DNA from: Okamejei kenojei
Lineage: Eukaryota
Length of the DNA: 64,000 nucleotides
Direction: 5' to 3'
NCBI GenBank assembly: GCA_035221665.1
Contig: CM069157.1
Span: 29,264,001-29,328,000, forward strand
How positions within the stretch are numbered: position 1 is the first letter of the stretch; each line of letters begins with the position of its first letter. The notes beneath the pieces were generated by a model. The model had not been told where the DNA came from, searched no databases, and saw nothing but the letters and a program-made list of their open reading frames with translations. The position numbers and the translations under genes were made by a program. Below are positions 50,570 to 64,000 of the stretch, one piece after another.

Positions 50570-51100
50570 TCAAACTGAGGGAAGAACTCGGGAAGAACAT
50601 GCAGCATCCATGGAAGAAAATGAACAGATGACATTTCGGGTCAGGACCCTTCGCCAAAACTAGAGTAGAGTGGATTTAGCTGGTAGTTAATTGCGAGGGA
50701 AATGGGGTGGGGCATGTGCTGAAAGTGATAGGTAGGTGGGAAGGGGGACATGAAGTGGGAGGGGTGGGTGATGAGTAGAAGGAGGTGAAGAAGTTAACAC
50801 GGTAGTGGAAAGAAGGGTGTGAGCGAGAGGGCCTGGGTAGATCAGAAGAAAAGAGGATTATCTGAAATTAGAGAATTCAGTGCTTATGCTATTACATGTT
50901 AGCTACCCAAGCGGAATACGAGGTACTCTGGCAATGGTGGCCGGTGACAGACTGGTCCGTGAGCGAATGGGAAGGAGAAATAAAATGCATTGTAACTGGG
51001 AGCTCCATCTAGTCTCGGCAGTCAACGCGCAAATGTTTGGCGAAGCCGTCGCCAAGTCTACTGTTGGTCTCACTGACATATAGGCAGCCACTGGGCGCAC
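50570..51100 (-). mobile_element. Penelope-like element 3' part (GIY-YIG remnant, pyrimidine-rich UTR, terminal repeat with decayed hammerhead-like motif)
   Basis: - strand reads CLYVSETNSRLGDGFAKHLR; downstream gaagggtcctgacccgaaatgtcatc. Confidence 0.75.
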
Positions 51101-51316
51101 CAAGCAATTTGTCTTCTGCTCAAGATTCCAACAGCAGCTGTCCCTTGTGTCTCCATGTTTCCGTTTAGTGTCTTGTATGGTCTCAGGAATACCAACGTGC
51201 GATGCATCTGAAGTAGTACATTTATAGTGTAGTCACTATTGGAGAGGATGTAGTAACCAAGGCAAACAGCTGTGATATAAAACCAGATAATCTGTAACAG
51301 GTGTTGGCTGAGAAGG

Positions 51317-51470
51317 CAGAGATAGATAGATTCTTGATTAGTACGGGTGTTAGAGGTTATGGGGAGAAGGCGAGAGAATGGAGTTAGGAGGGAGAGATAG
51401 ATCAGCCATGATTGAATGGCAGATTAGACTTGATGGGCCGAATGACCTAATTCTACTCCTATCACTCATG
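51317..51470 (+). mobile_element. CR1-type LINE 3' tail
   Basis: Close to the reverse complement of the 21160-21320 tail. Confidence 0.85.
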
Positions 51471-51886
51471 GCTTTATGAGAGAGATACTGGGAGAACTTC
51501 TGTTTTGCTGGTGATGGGTGGGAGGCAGAGGGGGTGTTGGGGGGGGGGGGGGGGGGAATTGGCAGCATCTTGATTAAAGGACTAATCCATGAAAGCTACA
51601 TGGTTGAATCTATTATCTTCTCAGAGGGGAAGGGGAGTAGGAGATCTCTACCAATGAAGCCAGGGTGGCTGGCTGAGGGACTAATCAGCTGTGTCATCAG
51701 AGACATGATTGCATTCCCATATAATCGTTATGAAGCTACACAAGATGGTAAAATGCTTGTTGACTTTCTGAATAGATTGAATTAAAAGGCTGACCATGGT
51801 GATAATTTGCGTTTAATTACACTTGCTATAATTTTTCTCCCCTGTTCCCTCCGCCCTACCTCCCTGCCCTACTTTCTCCTCTGCAG

Positions 51887-52132
51887 CATGATGACCGTGA
51901 GGGAGAAGGAGACAACTACTGGGCAAACAAAAGGGGTCGCGGAGCTTTCCAGCGAGGCAGAGGTCGTTTCCTGTACAAAAAGTCCAACACCAGCCCCAAG
52001 TGGACACATGACAAGTATCAAGGCAGCGGACAGGAAGGCGTGGAGGAGGAAGAGGAAGAGGAGGAGGAGGATGGGCAAATTGCTGGCATCGCCACCCAGG
52101 AAGAGAAAAATATGGGTGCGTTGGAACAGTAG
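51887..52132 (+). CDS. THRAP3: THRAP3 last coding exon
   Basis: Long pyrimidine tract + ctgcag; [48 protein letters not shown]...ALEQ*; TAG at 52130-52132. Confidence 0.95.
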   Translation, partial: HDDREGEGDNYWANKRGRGAFQRGRGRFLYKKSNTSPKWTHDKYQGSGQEGVEEEEEEEEEDGQIAGIATQEEKNMGALEQ

Positions 52133-53991
52133 AGGTGGAAGGACTGGGCCTATCTCATGGCAACAGTGCATTGATTTGAGTATAGAAGCTGATCACTAGG
52201 ATCAGAGGAGATTTCTTCATCCAGATCTCTATAGGGTTTACAGTGTAGTAGGTTATTTGTTTTGGTGGGGGTAAGGGTATAGGACCCTTTTGAGATTGAA
52301 AGGACCAAAAACATCTGTCTTTAATGCAACTTACTATATAAAGTGCGGTGCGGGCGTCGTACCTGTGTCGTAAATACCACACGAGTCGACATCGATAACG
52401 CCACAGGTTGCCCTGGGGCTGTGATTCCCCTCCCCCATGTATTTAGAGACATTAAAACAATATATAAGAGTGCATGTTGATGCGACTTGTGCAGATCGAC
52501 TTTGCAAGCCTTCCTGAGCTACTGGGTTCAGTTTGTGATAGGAAACTGCTTCCAAAAAATGTGAACTGACAAGGGAAGGAGAAAATGAGTACTCCCTTCA
52601 CAAGTCGCACTCTGCAATCTAGAAGACATTTCTTCCCAAATTGTTGTTTTTCTGAGCCCCCGATATTGCCGCATGCTTATTTTATCATTATGGGTTTTAA
52701 AACACTTTCACTTTTGAAGCCAGCTTTATAGTGGTACATGTTTCAAGGATTCTCCTTCATTTCCTTTCACTAGTTCCTTTTGCAATCTGCACATCTCCAT
52801 ATTTGGTTACGACGCTTGGCTTATGCTTTATTACCAATGTGATTGACGGCGAGAGTGGTTTCTATATTTTTTTGATTTCGTTTTTTTAAAAAGCAACTAG
52901 CAGTTCCTCATGGGCCTAATTCGCTGTTTGTTTGTAGTGTTGATCAAAAGGTGTGAACCAGCTGTGAATCTGTTCTGATAGTTCAGGTATGAAATTGTCC
53001 GAGTCAACAAACTTAATGCCCAGAAGGATCACTTTAAACCCGTGTGCTCGGCCCCAATCTTCTACCCCCCCTCCCAGCTTGCCAAGAACAATAATCTAAA
53101 TTGAAACATTACATTTTAGGTTGTAAGTTAGAGACGGCTCAACGAGTGTATTCATTGAGCTGGTTCCTGGCCAGTGCTGCCATTGCTGTGGCCTCTATTT
53201 CTTGTTTTCTCACTGTGCTCAGGGGAAGGGATCCAGCCAGTATTTCTGTTCTTGATCACATTACACTGCCTCTGCCCAAGAGGCTATGTATTTAAATGCT
53301 GCTTAAGAACTGCGTTGATCATGAGCAAAGAACTGGAGAAGGGGAAAGGGTGAGAGAGTTGGGAGAAAAATCACTTGAAAAAGGAAGAAAGGTTTTAACT
53401 TGGCTCCGAGCGTTATTTGTGCCAGCCTCTAATATTTGGCAAGGCCTCTTTTTTTTTCTCCCTCTATCCCTCCCTCCCTTCCTCTGGTCACAGTTAGCAA
53501 AGATTATTGGAATGGTTTGAGAGAGGCTGGACAAGGAATAGGAACTGAAATTAAAATTAATGGGGAGATTCAACTGTTCTCAAAGAATTCTTTAAATTTA
53601 ACACATCTGCAAAAAATATTTACCTGAAGCAAAAGATGTCAATTAATTTAGTTTGCTCATTTCTGGCAAAAATTCGAGGTGTTGATTGGAATTGTGGAGT
53701 ATTGGATCAATGGGAGTGCTTGCAAGAGTACTCTTGCAGTGCAGATCTGACGTTTGAAATACAGTTCGATTGTCCATGTAGGCAAGTAGTCTGTGATACC
53801 TCCTCCATAAATGGTCCCATTAAAACTTAAGCCTACGGGCAACAACCCCCCTCCCCCTCCCCCAGATTATGGCATGGCTTCAGACTTGTGTTACCTGTTC
53901 ACTATCCACCATTCTTCTGTCCCAATTTCCTGCCGCCACCCCCAAAAATTGGGAACTTCCCAACTGGGAAAGTGGGCGCAATACATATATT

Positions 53992-53997
53992 AATAAA
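53992..53997 (+). promoter_or_regulatory. Candidate polyadenylation signal of THRAP3 (3' UTR of about 1.9 kb)
   Basis: AATAAA followed by a U/GU-rich tract at ~54010-54045, after a stretch with no recognised repeats downstream of the stop. Confidence 0.45.
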
Positions 53998-56792
53998 GAA
54001 TGGATTTAAGTTCCTTTTGATTTTTTTTTTTTTTTTGTTATTGGGAGATTCTTTCGTCATCTGACTTTAAATGTTGAGTCACTTGTTGCTTTAGACCTTG
54101 AAATTAATGTTATTGAACAGACATTGGTTAAACATTTAAGTACATTTTATATTGACAATCAGCTGTCTCACCTCTACTCTGTGCCTAACACCCATTCTCT
54201 ATTGCATCTTGCTTAATCCCTTTATTTTGTATCTTTTTATGTATGTATCAAAAAATTATTAAAAAAGTGACATATGCTCTCGGCTGCAGGAAGTATGTTG
54301 AATTTTTTTTTATACATAGAAGTAAATAGTTTTGAGGGGAGGGGAACATGAAATGGGAGGAGTATGACGGCTGCACTATTTTTGTAATATTTTGCTGACT
54401 ACCTTATCACTAAGATTCGTTAAAAATCACTCTTGTCCAGAATTTAACCTGATTTGTATCTCTCCAGTTATTTGTGTTCAGTTTTGTTACTGTGGTCTCG
54501 TCCCTAGTCTAAAATGGCATTCTGTCATTAAATTTAGTCCCCCTGACTCTCCCTCAAACTGTGATTTTGCTGAGGTTCAAAGCATTGTGTTAAATTTTAA
54601 TTAAACTTCTGTGCCAGCGTCACCAGTTGTACATGTGCATTATTGACTCTGCCTTGACTGAACAATTCCCATTTATGTAGTGACACTCAAATGGATATTT
54701 GTTATCCATACTCACACAAGTGTAATGTCTTGAGGTTTGTGTGCCTTATAGAGATGGGCCACTATGAAAGTCACAAGGATGATAATGGTTAGGAGAGGGT
54801 CATAGCATAGTACGTGTTACACGACCAGGGTAGGAATGGTGATGCCCATATTGGTAGGAAGAATGGCAAAGCTAAGCTGTAAACCGTTGGTGCTCTTAGT
54901 GATCTGGACAACCTTTTGACTGGCAAAGTCATTAAGGAGACAAATGGTGCCTTTATTGGGAAGGACATGCAGTGCAAGATGAGGATTGGTTTTTAATGAG
55001 CCATTTCCAGGAGTGCTAAATTGTTTTGGTGTTTGAGAAGGGAGTGGGGCAGGAGGCGGGAACTGTGGAGGTTTATTTAAATTGGTAAAACGGTTCATCC
55101 TTGGAATTTGGAGAGGAAATATTGAGCGTGCTGAACAGATTGACGGGTTTTCTCACGGAAAAATGTATGGTTCTGAGGGGCTTGGCGGGAAGTGCTGCGA
55201 GGAATTTCCAGTGGTGGGGGGTGGGTATGAGAAAGAACTCTTCCTGGGAAGGAATCGCAAGTGTGGAATTTATAGGGATTGGGTAAGAAAGAAGTTAAGG
55301 ACAAAGATAACATCAGTCATGACAGTGAATTATGGCCCCAACACCCACTTCTGCTGAAACCTGCATTTGTGTAAGCATGACATTTTTACAATAGGGTGTT
55401 TTATGTAAAGGGTGGAAATGTTGGGAGAGAGTTTGAAAGCGATTTGATGATGATGGCAGAGGTGACTTGAAGAGGTTTGGGGAGCATCAAATCCTGGTAG
55501 AAATGGGGAGTGTGTGAAAGAACGGTGTGTCTGTGGTATAGATTGTTGACCATAAACTCAACACCAAACATCCCTGGTTCTCAGTTTTCAAAAAAATGTC
55601 TGCATTTCACAGCATGAACAAACAATGGACCCAAAGCAGACTTTGTTGAACAAACCAATTCATATTTTGTGAATTTATGAATGCCCCACTAAAAAAACCC
55701 ATTTTAGTCTACATCAAAGGAGGAAATGAGCAAATTTGGTAAAAGTCATGCGAAAAGTCCAACAAATTCATCATCATGGATATCTGTACAAAATTGAAAG
55801 CCATCAATTGATAAATTAAATCTGCCTTGTGCGTGCAAGTTCTAACTATCAACTGGGAGTTTCCCAGTGGCCATTCAAATACCAGCAGAGTGAATCAGCT
55901 GATGTAAAATCAACATTTAAACAAAGGTGCTGATAATTGGTGTGACGAATATACCCAACATCAATAGACAATTATGTAAAAACATTTGCACAAATCAAAT
56001 TGATCATTAAGCAGATTGCCGCAACACATTGGAATCCAGCCAGAGAGAGTCAGGTTTTTAATAAGTACTGTTTTTATTCTGAGAATGAAACCAGGTGTTG
56101 AAAATGGTTCCAGTCAGACTGTGTTGCTGCTGCCAACAGAGGAAGTCATATTTCACCTTAATTCTTTTATCAGAACAGGCAGATACTGCAAATACACAGA
56201 ATGTTTAAAAAAAAGACAAGTAGCAAGGAGGAGGAAAACTGCCACATCGATGAATGTAGGTCCCGCGAGGTGCCTGAGTGGGGGACGGATGAGGGCAGTA
56301 GTGAGAGACTGTCATCTATCCAGATGCTCATTCCGGGATTACTTACTACAATGATGGGAGTTAATTAGTCACAGCAATTTACAACACTTGGAAGTGAGAA
56401 AACTCGCACTGGTGGCAAGCTTTTGAACCGAGCTTCACATCTCAGGAAGACAGTGAGTTTTTATTGCACTGTGAGTACACTTCCTTGGAGTTTAGTGAGT
56501 TTTATACCACGTCTTGTCAAAGCTCCGTCTAATTCTAAGTGCATAGTGTGGGCAGCGGTGCCAGTGTGGTTTGTCAGCAAAGGCCTCTTTCTAAGCACCA
56601 AGCAAATTAAATGACCTCCCTATTTCAGTAATATCAGCACACACGGTCAGAGATTTCTGTTACAGTGTAAGAGGAACTTTAATACCCTATAAATTGCAGA
56701 TTTAGTGAAAGAGATACACGGCACAAACAGGCCCTTCAACCCACTATGCCCATGCTGACTTAGACTAATCCCATTTGCCTACATTCGGACTA

Positions 56793-58308
56793 CAGTGCCC
56801 TCCATAATGTTTGCGACAAAGAACCATCATTTATTTATTGGTCTCTGTACTCCACAATTTGAGAATTGTAATAGAAAAAAATCACTTGTGGGTAAAGTGC
56901 ACATTGTAATAAATGCCATTTTTATATATTTTGGTTTCACCATGTAGAAATTACAGCCGTGTTTATACATAGTCCCCCTATTTCAGGGCACCATAATGTG
57001 TGGGACACAGCAATGTCATGTAAATGAAAGTACTCATGTTTAGTATTTGGTTGCATATTCTTTGTTTGGGATCATTGTCTTGCTGTAGAATGAACTGCTG
57101 GCCAATGAGTTTTGAGGCATTTGTTTCACTTCAGAATTCATTATGCTACTACCATCAGCAGTTGTATTTTCAATGAAGATAAGTGAGCCAGTACCTTCAG
57201 CAACCATACAAGCCCAGGCCATAACACCCCCATCACTGTGTTTCGCACATGAGGTGGTATGCTTTAGATCTTGGGCAGTTCTTTCCCTCCTCCATACTTT
57301 GCTCTTGCCATCACTCTGATATAAGTTAATCTCCGTCTCATCTGTCCACAAGACCTTTTTCCAAAACTTTGGTTGCTCTTTTAAATACTTCTTGGCAAAC
57401 TGTAACCTGACCATCCTATTTTTGCGGCTATCCAGTGGTTTACACATCTTGCAGTGTAGCCATAAACCATATAACAATTACAGCACGGAAACAGGCCCTC
57501 TCGGCCCTTCCAGTCCGTGCCGACCATTTGTTTTCCCCTAGTCCTACCTGCACTCAGACCATACCCCTCCATTCCCTTCCCTTCCATACACCTATCCACT
57601 GTAGCCTCTATTTCTGTTCATTAAGTCTTGTGCGGACAGTGGTCTTTGACAAATCCACTCCTGAAGAGTGTTTCTGATCTATCTGACGTCTTTAGGGATT
57701 TTTCTTTATTACAGAGAGAATTCTGTCATCCGCTGTGGAGGTCTTCCTTGGCCTGTCAGTCCCTTTGCAATTAGTAAGCTCTTTCTTCTTAATGATGTTC
57801 CAAACCTTTTTTATTATTATTTGATTTTGGTACGTCTAAGGTTTGGCTGATGTCTCTAACAATTTTATTCTTGTTTCGCGTAATGACTTCTTTGACTTTC
57901 ATTGGCACAACTTTGGTCCTCTTGTTGATAAACAGCAATAAAAGTTTCCAAAGGTGATGTAGAGACTAGGTGCTGAGAGCTCTCTTATCCCTGCATTAAG
58001 GAGGCAATTAAACACACCTGAGCAATGACAAACACCTGTGAAGCCATGTGTCCCGAACATTATCTTGCCCTGAAATGGGGGACTATGTATAAACACTGCT
58101 GGAATTTCTACATGGTGAAACCAAAATGTATAAAAATACCCTTTAATAAATGGTGAAACCAAAATGTATAAAAATACCCTTTAATAAAATCTGACAATGT
58201 GCACTTTATTTTTTTTGTATAATATGTGATTTTTTTTCTATTACAAATCTCAAATTGTGAGGTATAGAGGCAAATAAATATTTGTCCCAAACATTATGGA
58301 GGGCACTG
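56793..58308 (-). mobile_element. Tc1-like (DD34E, IR/DR type) DNA transposon, defective
   Basis: TA|CAGTGCCCTCCATAATGTTTG...CAAACATTATGGAGGGCACTG|TA; ~200+ bp TIRs with inner direct repeats; transposase remnants WKKVLWTDETEINL and GGVMAWACM; 38-bp tandem duplication at 58113-58188. Confidence 0.93.
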
Positions 58309-58714
58309 TATATCTTTCTCTAGTCTGCCTATTTAATGTCTTTTGTTAGATTTTGGCAGCCAGATATTAACCACTTACTGTGTGTAAAGAAGAAAACTTA
58401 TCTCTCAGATCCCCTTTAAAATTCTTTCCTCCCGCAAGCCCTCTAGCAGTACGCCAATCCAGGCAACAGCGTGGTGAATTCTGCAATTTGTCACTGCCTA
58501 TGCAGCATTTGAACTACTCTACTATGCCAACAGCCCCATGAAATCTCATGATGTTAGGTCAGATTCAGGCATACGGATTGATATGTTGCCAGTTGACGGG
58601 GCAATACTCGAAGGAGAATATTAAGAGCATGGTATGCATTCTGGGATGACCATCACTAAGAGTGTTTCAGTGCTCGTCCACAGCCGGCCAAACTGAGTTC
58701 TACTAGACTTTGAG

Positions 58715-59017
58715 GGCAGCATAGTGACACAGCTGGTTGAGCTGTTGCTCACAGTGCCACAGACTGGTTCGATCCTGGCCTTGGGTGCTGTCTGAGTGGA
58801 GTTTGCATGTTCTCCCTGTGACCGTGGGCTTCCTCCCATGCCCCAACGCTTGAGAGTTTAGGTAAATTGCCCCTAGTGTAGAGGGAGTGAATGAGAAAAT
58901 GATAATTCTGCTCCTATCACTTATGACCTTATAAAATAGAACTTGTGTGAAACAGGTGATCGATGGTCAGTGTGAACTCGATGGGCCAAAGGGCCTGTTT
59001 CCATGCTGTATCTCTAA
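58715..59017 (+). mobile_element. tRNA-derived SINE, same family
   Basis: cagctggttgagctg...ggttcgatcc B-box; core and tail. Confidence 0.8.
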
Positions 59018-60174
59018 ATTAAACTAGTGTTGCAACAGGTGCCGAAAGTAATGTGAAAGAAAAGGCTTGCTGGATTTTCATCCTTGTCTAATAGAAATGC
59101 ATCTGTCCATGAAGGGATTAACCGTGGTCTTAGTGGAGACCACGTCTTAGTACTGAGACAAAATGAGTTACTTGGGATTGATTCAAAATAAATCAAGTAG
59201 CTTTAGTAGGATGTAAGCTTAGCACTAGAATTTATTCCACTAAATCTTTTAACCGCCTGGTTTAGCACGCTACTCATTTTCTTACTATCACAGCAGAGGG
59301 CAGCTTGGGTTCGATGGGGAGTGTGGAAGTGTAGGTTAGCAACAGGACTAAGCAGATCTGAACCAAGATGCCAAACATCTGGTGATGTTGCCATACAAAG
59401 CTGTTGTGTGCTAAACATTTGCTGGCCAATCTGGAATGGTCATCAACAAAGTGATGGGAGGTAGTAATGACAGTACTCTCAACAGGAACTTGCCAGTAGC
59501 CAACTCTCACTATGTGTTTTACAAAGAATATTTTCATTCCAGTCTTGGTCCAAACATGGAACTCAATGGGTCAGGCAGCATCTGTGAAGGGAATGGACAG
59601 ACACACTTTCGATTCAGACCCGAAACATCATCTGTCCGTCGACTCCATAGATGCTGCCTGAGCCGTTGAGTTCCTCCGGCACGTTGTGTTTTGCTCCAGA
59701 TTCTAGCATCTGCAGTTCCTGGTGACTCCTGGCAATCCCCACTCCGTGCACATGTCCCGCAGCAGTTCAAGTGGGTGACGCACCAGCACCTTCTCAAGAC
59801 CAAGTCGGAATGGCCAATAAATGCTGGATGTGAATGAAAACCATGCCCAAGAAAGTCTCTAAAAAGCAATGTACGACTAATGGCAGGCGCGTATATATAA
59901 GTTAAAGTCAACGGACTCAAAACTGAAAAATGCAGAATGTTAATTAAAAAAAACCAAAATGCTGGATGGACTCAACAGCTTGGTGGGTGATATGTGGAAC
60001 CAGGTAAAAAAATGTCCCCTTTTTCTTTAATTCATCACTGCATTCCTGAACCAAATCTACATGGTTCCATATGCCCTGTGGAATTCTTGTACAGAGCCAC
60101 AGGAACCAGGGAAGCCCAAAACAAGCATTTCAAGGAATGCAATAAAGTCAGCCTCACACACGACTCGGAACTGG

Positions 60175-60690
60175 ACAGGTTGCAGTATCGTGTGCCGTTG
60201 TGATCACCCCATTACAGGAAGGATGTGGAAGGCTTGGAGAGGTCGCAGAGGTGCACCAGAATGTTGCCTGGATTAGGGGGTATTAGCTTTCAGGAGTGAT
60301 TGGACAGAGCTGGATTGATTTCGCTGGAATGCCAGAGGTTGAGGGGAGACCTGATAGAGTTATATAACATTGTGAGAGGCGTGTACAGGGTTGACAGTCA
60401 GAACCATTTTCCTTGGGTGCAAATATCAAAAACTAGACAGCAAAGCATTAGGTGAGTGGGGCAAAGCTTAAAGGAAATGTCCAGGGCAAGTTATTTATGC
60501 AAAGAGTGATGAGTGCCTGGAATGCGTTGCCAAGGATGGTGGTGGAAGCAGTTTAAGAAGCATTTAGATAGTCACATGGACATGCAGGGAATTGAGGGAT
60601 ATGGGTCATGTACAGGTCGATGAGATGAGTTTAAATTGGCATGTTCGGCACAGAAATTGTGAATTGAAGGGTCTATGTTCCTATGTCCAG
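60175..60690 (+). mobile_element. CR1-type LINE 3' fragment
   Basis: ttacaggaaggatgtggaaggcttggagagg...gaggttgaggggagacctgatagag...tail. Confidence 0.8.
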
Positions 60691-60769
60691 CTCACAACAC
60701 GTGCTTTGACCAAAAGGGCAGCGGATGGGACCGAGTAACCAGATCAAGAGAATGTATTTCGGCATCCGC

Positions 60770-61100
60770 ATACACCACAGCCCCCTCCCCTGTGCCCCCC
60801 CCCCCCCAGTGTGTCTCTACCTGCCAGAGCTCACTCCCCTTGTCCCGAGTGTGTGTCTCAACCCATCCCAACCCCCCCCCCCCCCCACCCTCCACACGCT
60901 ACTCTCTTGTGTGTCTCCACCTGTCACACCCCTTCCTCGAGCCCTCACTGTCCCCAGTGTGCGTCTCCACCCCCCACACCCCCTACCCCTGCCTCCCCTT
61001 TACCCAGTGTGTGTCTCCACCCGCTACAGTCCCTTCCCCTCACCCCCACTCTCCACATTGTGTGGCCACACAGCCCCTCTCCACCTGCCCCCCACTCTGG
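60770..61100. repeat. Imperfect C-rich minisatellite
   Basis: Recurring cccagtgtgtgtctccacc motif separated by C runs. Confidence 0.65.
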
Positions 61101-62379
61101 CTGTCGCGTGTCTTCCAGTCTAGGCTCTAATGCAGTCTTCACTCTAATGCTGTCTGGGGGAGTGCAGTGTCATTGGAGGTGCTGCTGCTGTGGTGAGCTG
61201 CCAAATCAAACCCCTCTCTGTTGTCAGTAAGAGATCCAAATGGCAACACTTTGAAGCAACTGCAGGATCTTCGCAGTCTCCTGACCGATACTTATCTCCC
61301 CCCCCCCCCCCCCCCCCATGCCACTCACATATATCAGCTGCCCCGGTGCAGAGTCTCGATGCAAAACATTGGCATCGATTGTCCCCCCATGGATGCTGCC
61401 TGACCTGCTAAGTTCCTCCAGCACTTTGTGTTTTGTTCCATATTTCAGCATCTGCAGTCTCTCATCTCATCATACATATTTGTGAGATTGTGTAATATTT
61501 TACAGTATAATAGTGTAACCAATCTAACAAAACACTCAGATCGCTCATTGGGTTGTCCTGTGGCTACAGAAAGTGCTATTTACACATTCACATACGTCCT
61601 TTTCCTTGTGTAACTATCTCTCGCCCAACCTTCAAATCACCCCAGTTATTTATTATATAATTTTCATTAGCGGAAGAGTATTTCTCCAAACCTGCCTCAC
61701 CTGTTTGTATGGATCGTTCGACCCCTCCCAACTTGCTGCGGGTCATGTGTTAATTCTTCCATGATCTGCGGAATTTCCTGACGGCCTCGCACTTTTTTTT
61801 TTGTCGCTGATTTTTTAAGAGGGGCCGTTCCTAAACAGACCTCTGGCTGGAGTGGTGACAATGTATCTCGGAGCAAAGAGCGCGGGTAAGTCAGCGTATC
61901 TGGCTCTGGGGCCGGGAACCGGGTAGATCAGAGGAGCAATGGGAAACACATTGATGCAGAAGGGGAAGGTGTGTGCGGGCTCTCGGGGTGGTATGTTCAG
62001 CCTGAAGGGGAGCAAGTGACAACAAGCTAGCAGGAGACTCAGCAGTCTAACCAGGGACAAGCTGTCCATCTCCTGGAGAACATTCACACTGTCCAATGGA
62101 CATCCAGACTCATCCATAACTTTACCCCAACCACTCCAAGGACAGCTTAGATAGATTGTCCCAGCAAAGCATTTAGGTTATCATTTCTGGGGGCAAAGTA
62201 CACGAATAGAGAAGAAAGTTGCTTTCATGTCACCAATCCCCTGTGGCGATAATTCTGGTGAGATATTACAAGCGATTTTGATTTGTGTGGTGACGAGATT
62301 GATATTTACTTCAAGATCCTCAGTTAACAGGCTGGAGAGTTCAGGAAGAAACATAATAGACTGATAGAAGATGGTTCAG

Positions 62380-62760
62380 AATGGTTACAAGCCCATCAGC
62401 TCACTGAAACCTCGTTGACCATCGACCACCTGTTCACACTTGCTATAGGTTATCCCACTTACTCATCCACTCCCTACATACTAGGGGCAATTTTACGGAG
62501 GCCATTTAAACAACACGCCAGCACATCTTCGGGATGTTCAAGAAGGAACTGCAGATGCTGGAAAGTCGAAGGTAGACTAAAAGTGCTGGAGAAGCTCAGC
62601 GGGTGTGGCAGCATCTATGGGATGTGTGAGGAAACCAGAGCACCCAGAGGAAACCCACGCTGTCCCAGGGAGAATGTGCAAACTCTACACAGGTTAAGAT
62701 TGAACCTGGGTGCCCGGCGCTGCGAGACAGTGCTCTACCAGCTGCGCCATTGTGCCATTC
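62380..62760 (-). mobile_element. tRNA-derived SINE with an 81-bp palindromic-repeat half inserted (62538-62618)
   Basis: SINE body split by an insert flanked by gggatgt direct repeats. Confidence 0.72.
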
Positions 62761-63569
62761 TCAATTGGATTAATGGAGATTGAACATTACTCCCTTAATT
62801 AGCGCAAGAGTCAGGCTCACTCAGAGCTTGGTGAGTGAAAACATGTAGTGGAGTGCATCACCCGAGTTAAATGATACTCCAGTTATCAAAGTGTTGCTGA
62901 CCTCAGAGACAACTTGTGGATTCCTTAAGCTATTAAAAACACATTTATGTTTTAAAATTCTGTGTGTGAGTAAAACATGGTTATTGGATGTCTGAAATTC
63001 TCGATCCTCGAACTCCTTTTCCTTATTGACCCAATTGTTTTTCCAGTCTGAAGAAGGGTCCCGACCCACAATGTCACCCATCCCTTTTTCTGCAGAGGTG
63101 CTCCCTGATCTGCTGAGTTACTCCAGCACTTTGTGTCTAGTTCCAGTATATTACCAGCAACTGCAGTTCCTTTATGTACTGTTATTCCAACCAGATTTTC
63201 TATAATGCAAGATATCTTAGGAACACAACTATTACAAAATACTACTATAGCAAAACTTCCTGCACCCATCTATTCTAATCCCATGTACCACTGCTTGGTC
63301 TTGAACGGTCTAGGAAATAGTGATTCAAAAGCTGATCCAGATACTTATGAAGTGCTATGAGAGTTTCTCCCTCCACCACCCTCTTAAGCAGTGCGTTCTA
63401 GATTCCAAGTACACTGGACAAAAGAGTTCTTCCTCAACTTTCCTCCGAGCCCCTCACGCTTCACCCTCAGCCTAATCCTTTACCCCTCTTCTTCTCTTCT
63501 TCCAGAACTGCTACTCTATGCTGATCAAGTCTCACCTTTGGTTCTCTGCCGCTTAATTACAGTGGACAA

Positions 63570-64000
63570 TTAACCTTCCAGCAAGCCTTTGGGATGTGAG
63601 AGGAACTTGTAGCACCTGGGGTGGCAGCAAGGAGGTGAAAAATGTACAGAGACCACATTGGAAGTCAGGATCGAACCCGCATGCCTGGAGCTACGAGGCA
63701 GCAGCACTAACTGCTGCACCATCATGCAGCTGCAGAAATCTGCTGACAGCACCTCGTTCATACAGTAAAAACATGTTAACTGGCTAGCAGGCAGTACATT
63801 AGTTCAAGATAAAGATGGCAGGACATTGTTGCCCAACAGCAGTAGAGACCCCCGGTTCGATCCTTGCATGTCCTGCCTGTGGTTTTCCCCTGGGTGCTCC
63901 GGTTTCCTCCCACATCCCAAAAACATGCAGCTTTGTAGGTTAATTGTACTCTGTAAATGTCCCCTAGTGTGTAGGAGAGGATGCGTAAATGGGATAACAT
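63570..64000. mobile_element. Two divergent tRNA-derived SINE copies (63570-63722 on -, 63825-64000 on +)
   Basis: ggatcgaacc / ggttcgatcc B-boxes and core sequence. Confidence 0.72.

Noticed and set aside
60675-61230. Pro-rich ORFs of 130-150 aa
   Set aside because: Translations of a C-rich minisatellite

Overview
Vertebrate genomic DNA, most likely a cartilaginous fish (skate/ray-type repeat landscape; inference). The window holds the whole coding region of one + strand gene of the THRAP3/BCLAF1 family, best called THRAP3: 10 coding exons from ATG 8513 to TAG 52132, about 979 aa with the 34901 acceptor, with splice phases checked by hand. The introns are full of decayed mobile elements: a ~4.6 kb DIRS-type tyrosine-recombinase retrotransposon with intact termini, IR/DR Tc1 transposons, CR1 and Rex1-like LINE fragments, tRNA-derived SINEs, Penelope-derived palindromic repeats with hammerhead-like cores, and a nest of non-autonomous DNA transposons. 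Most interesting signals: (1) three complementary intronic boxes around the penultimate coding exon that could act as a mutually exclusive RNA pairing switch; (2) a 32-bp insert with an 8-bp TSD that resembles a P-element excision footprint; (3) the DIRS circle junction and its AATA crossover core, readable directly; (4) an apparently intronised 5' part of one exon. Family names come from recalled motifs, not database searches, and most repeat boundaries are approximate.
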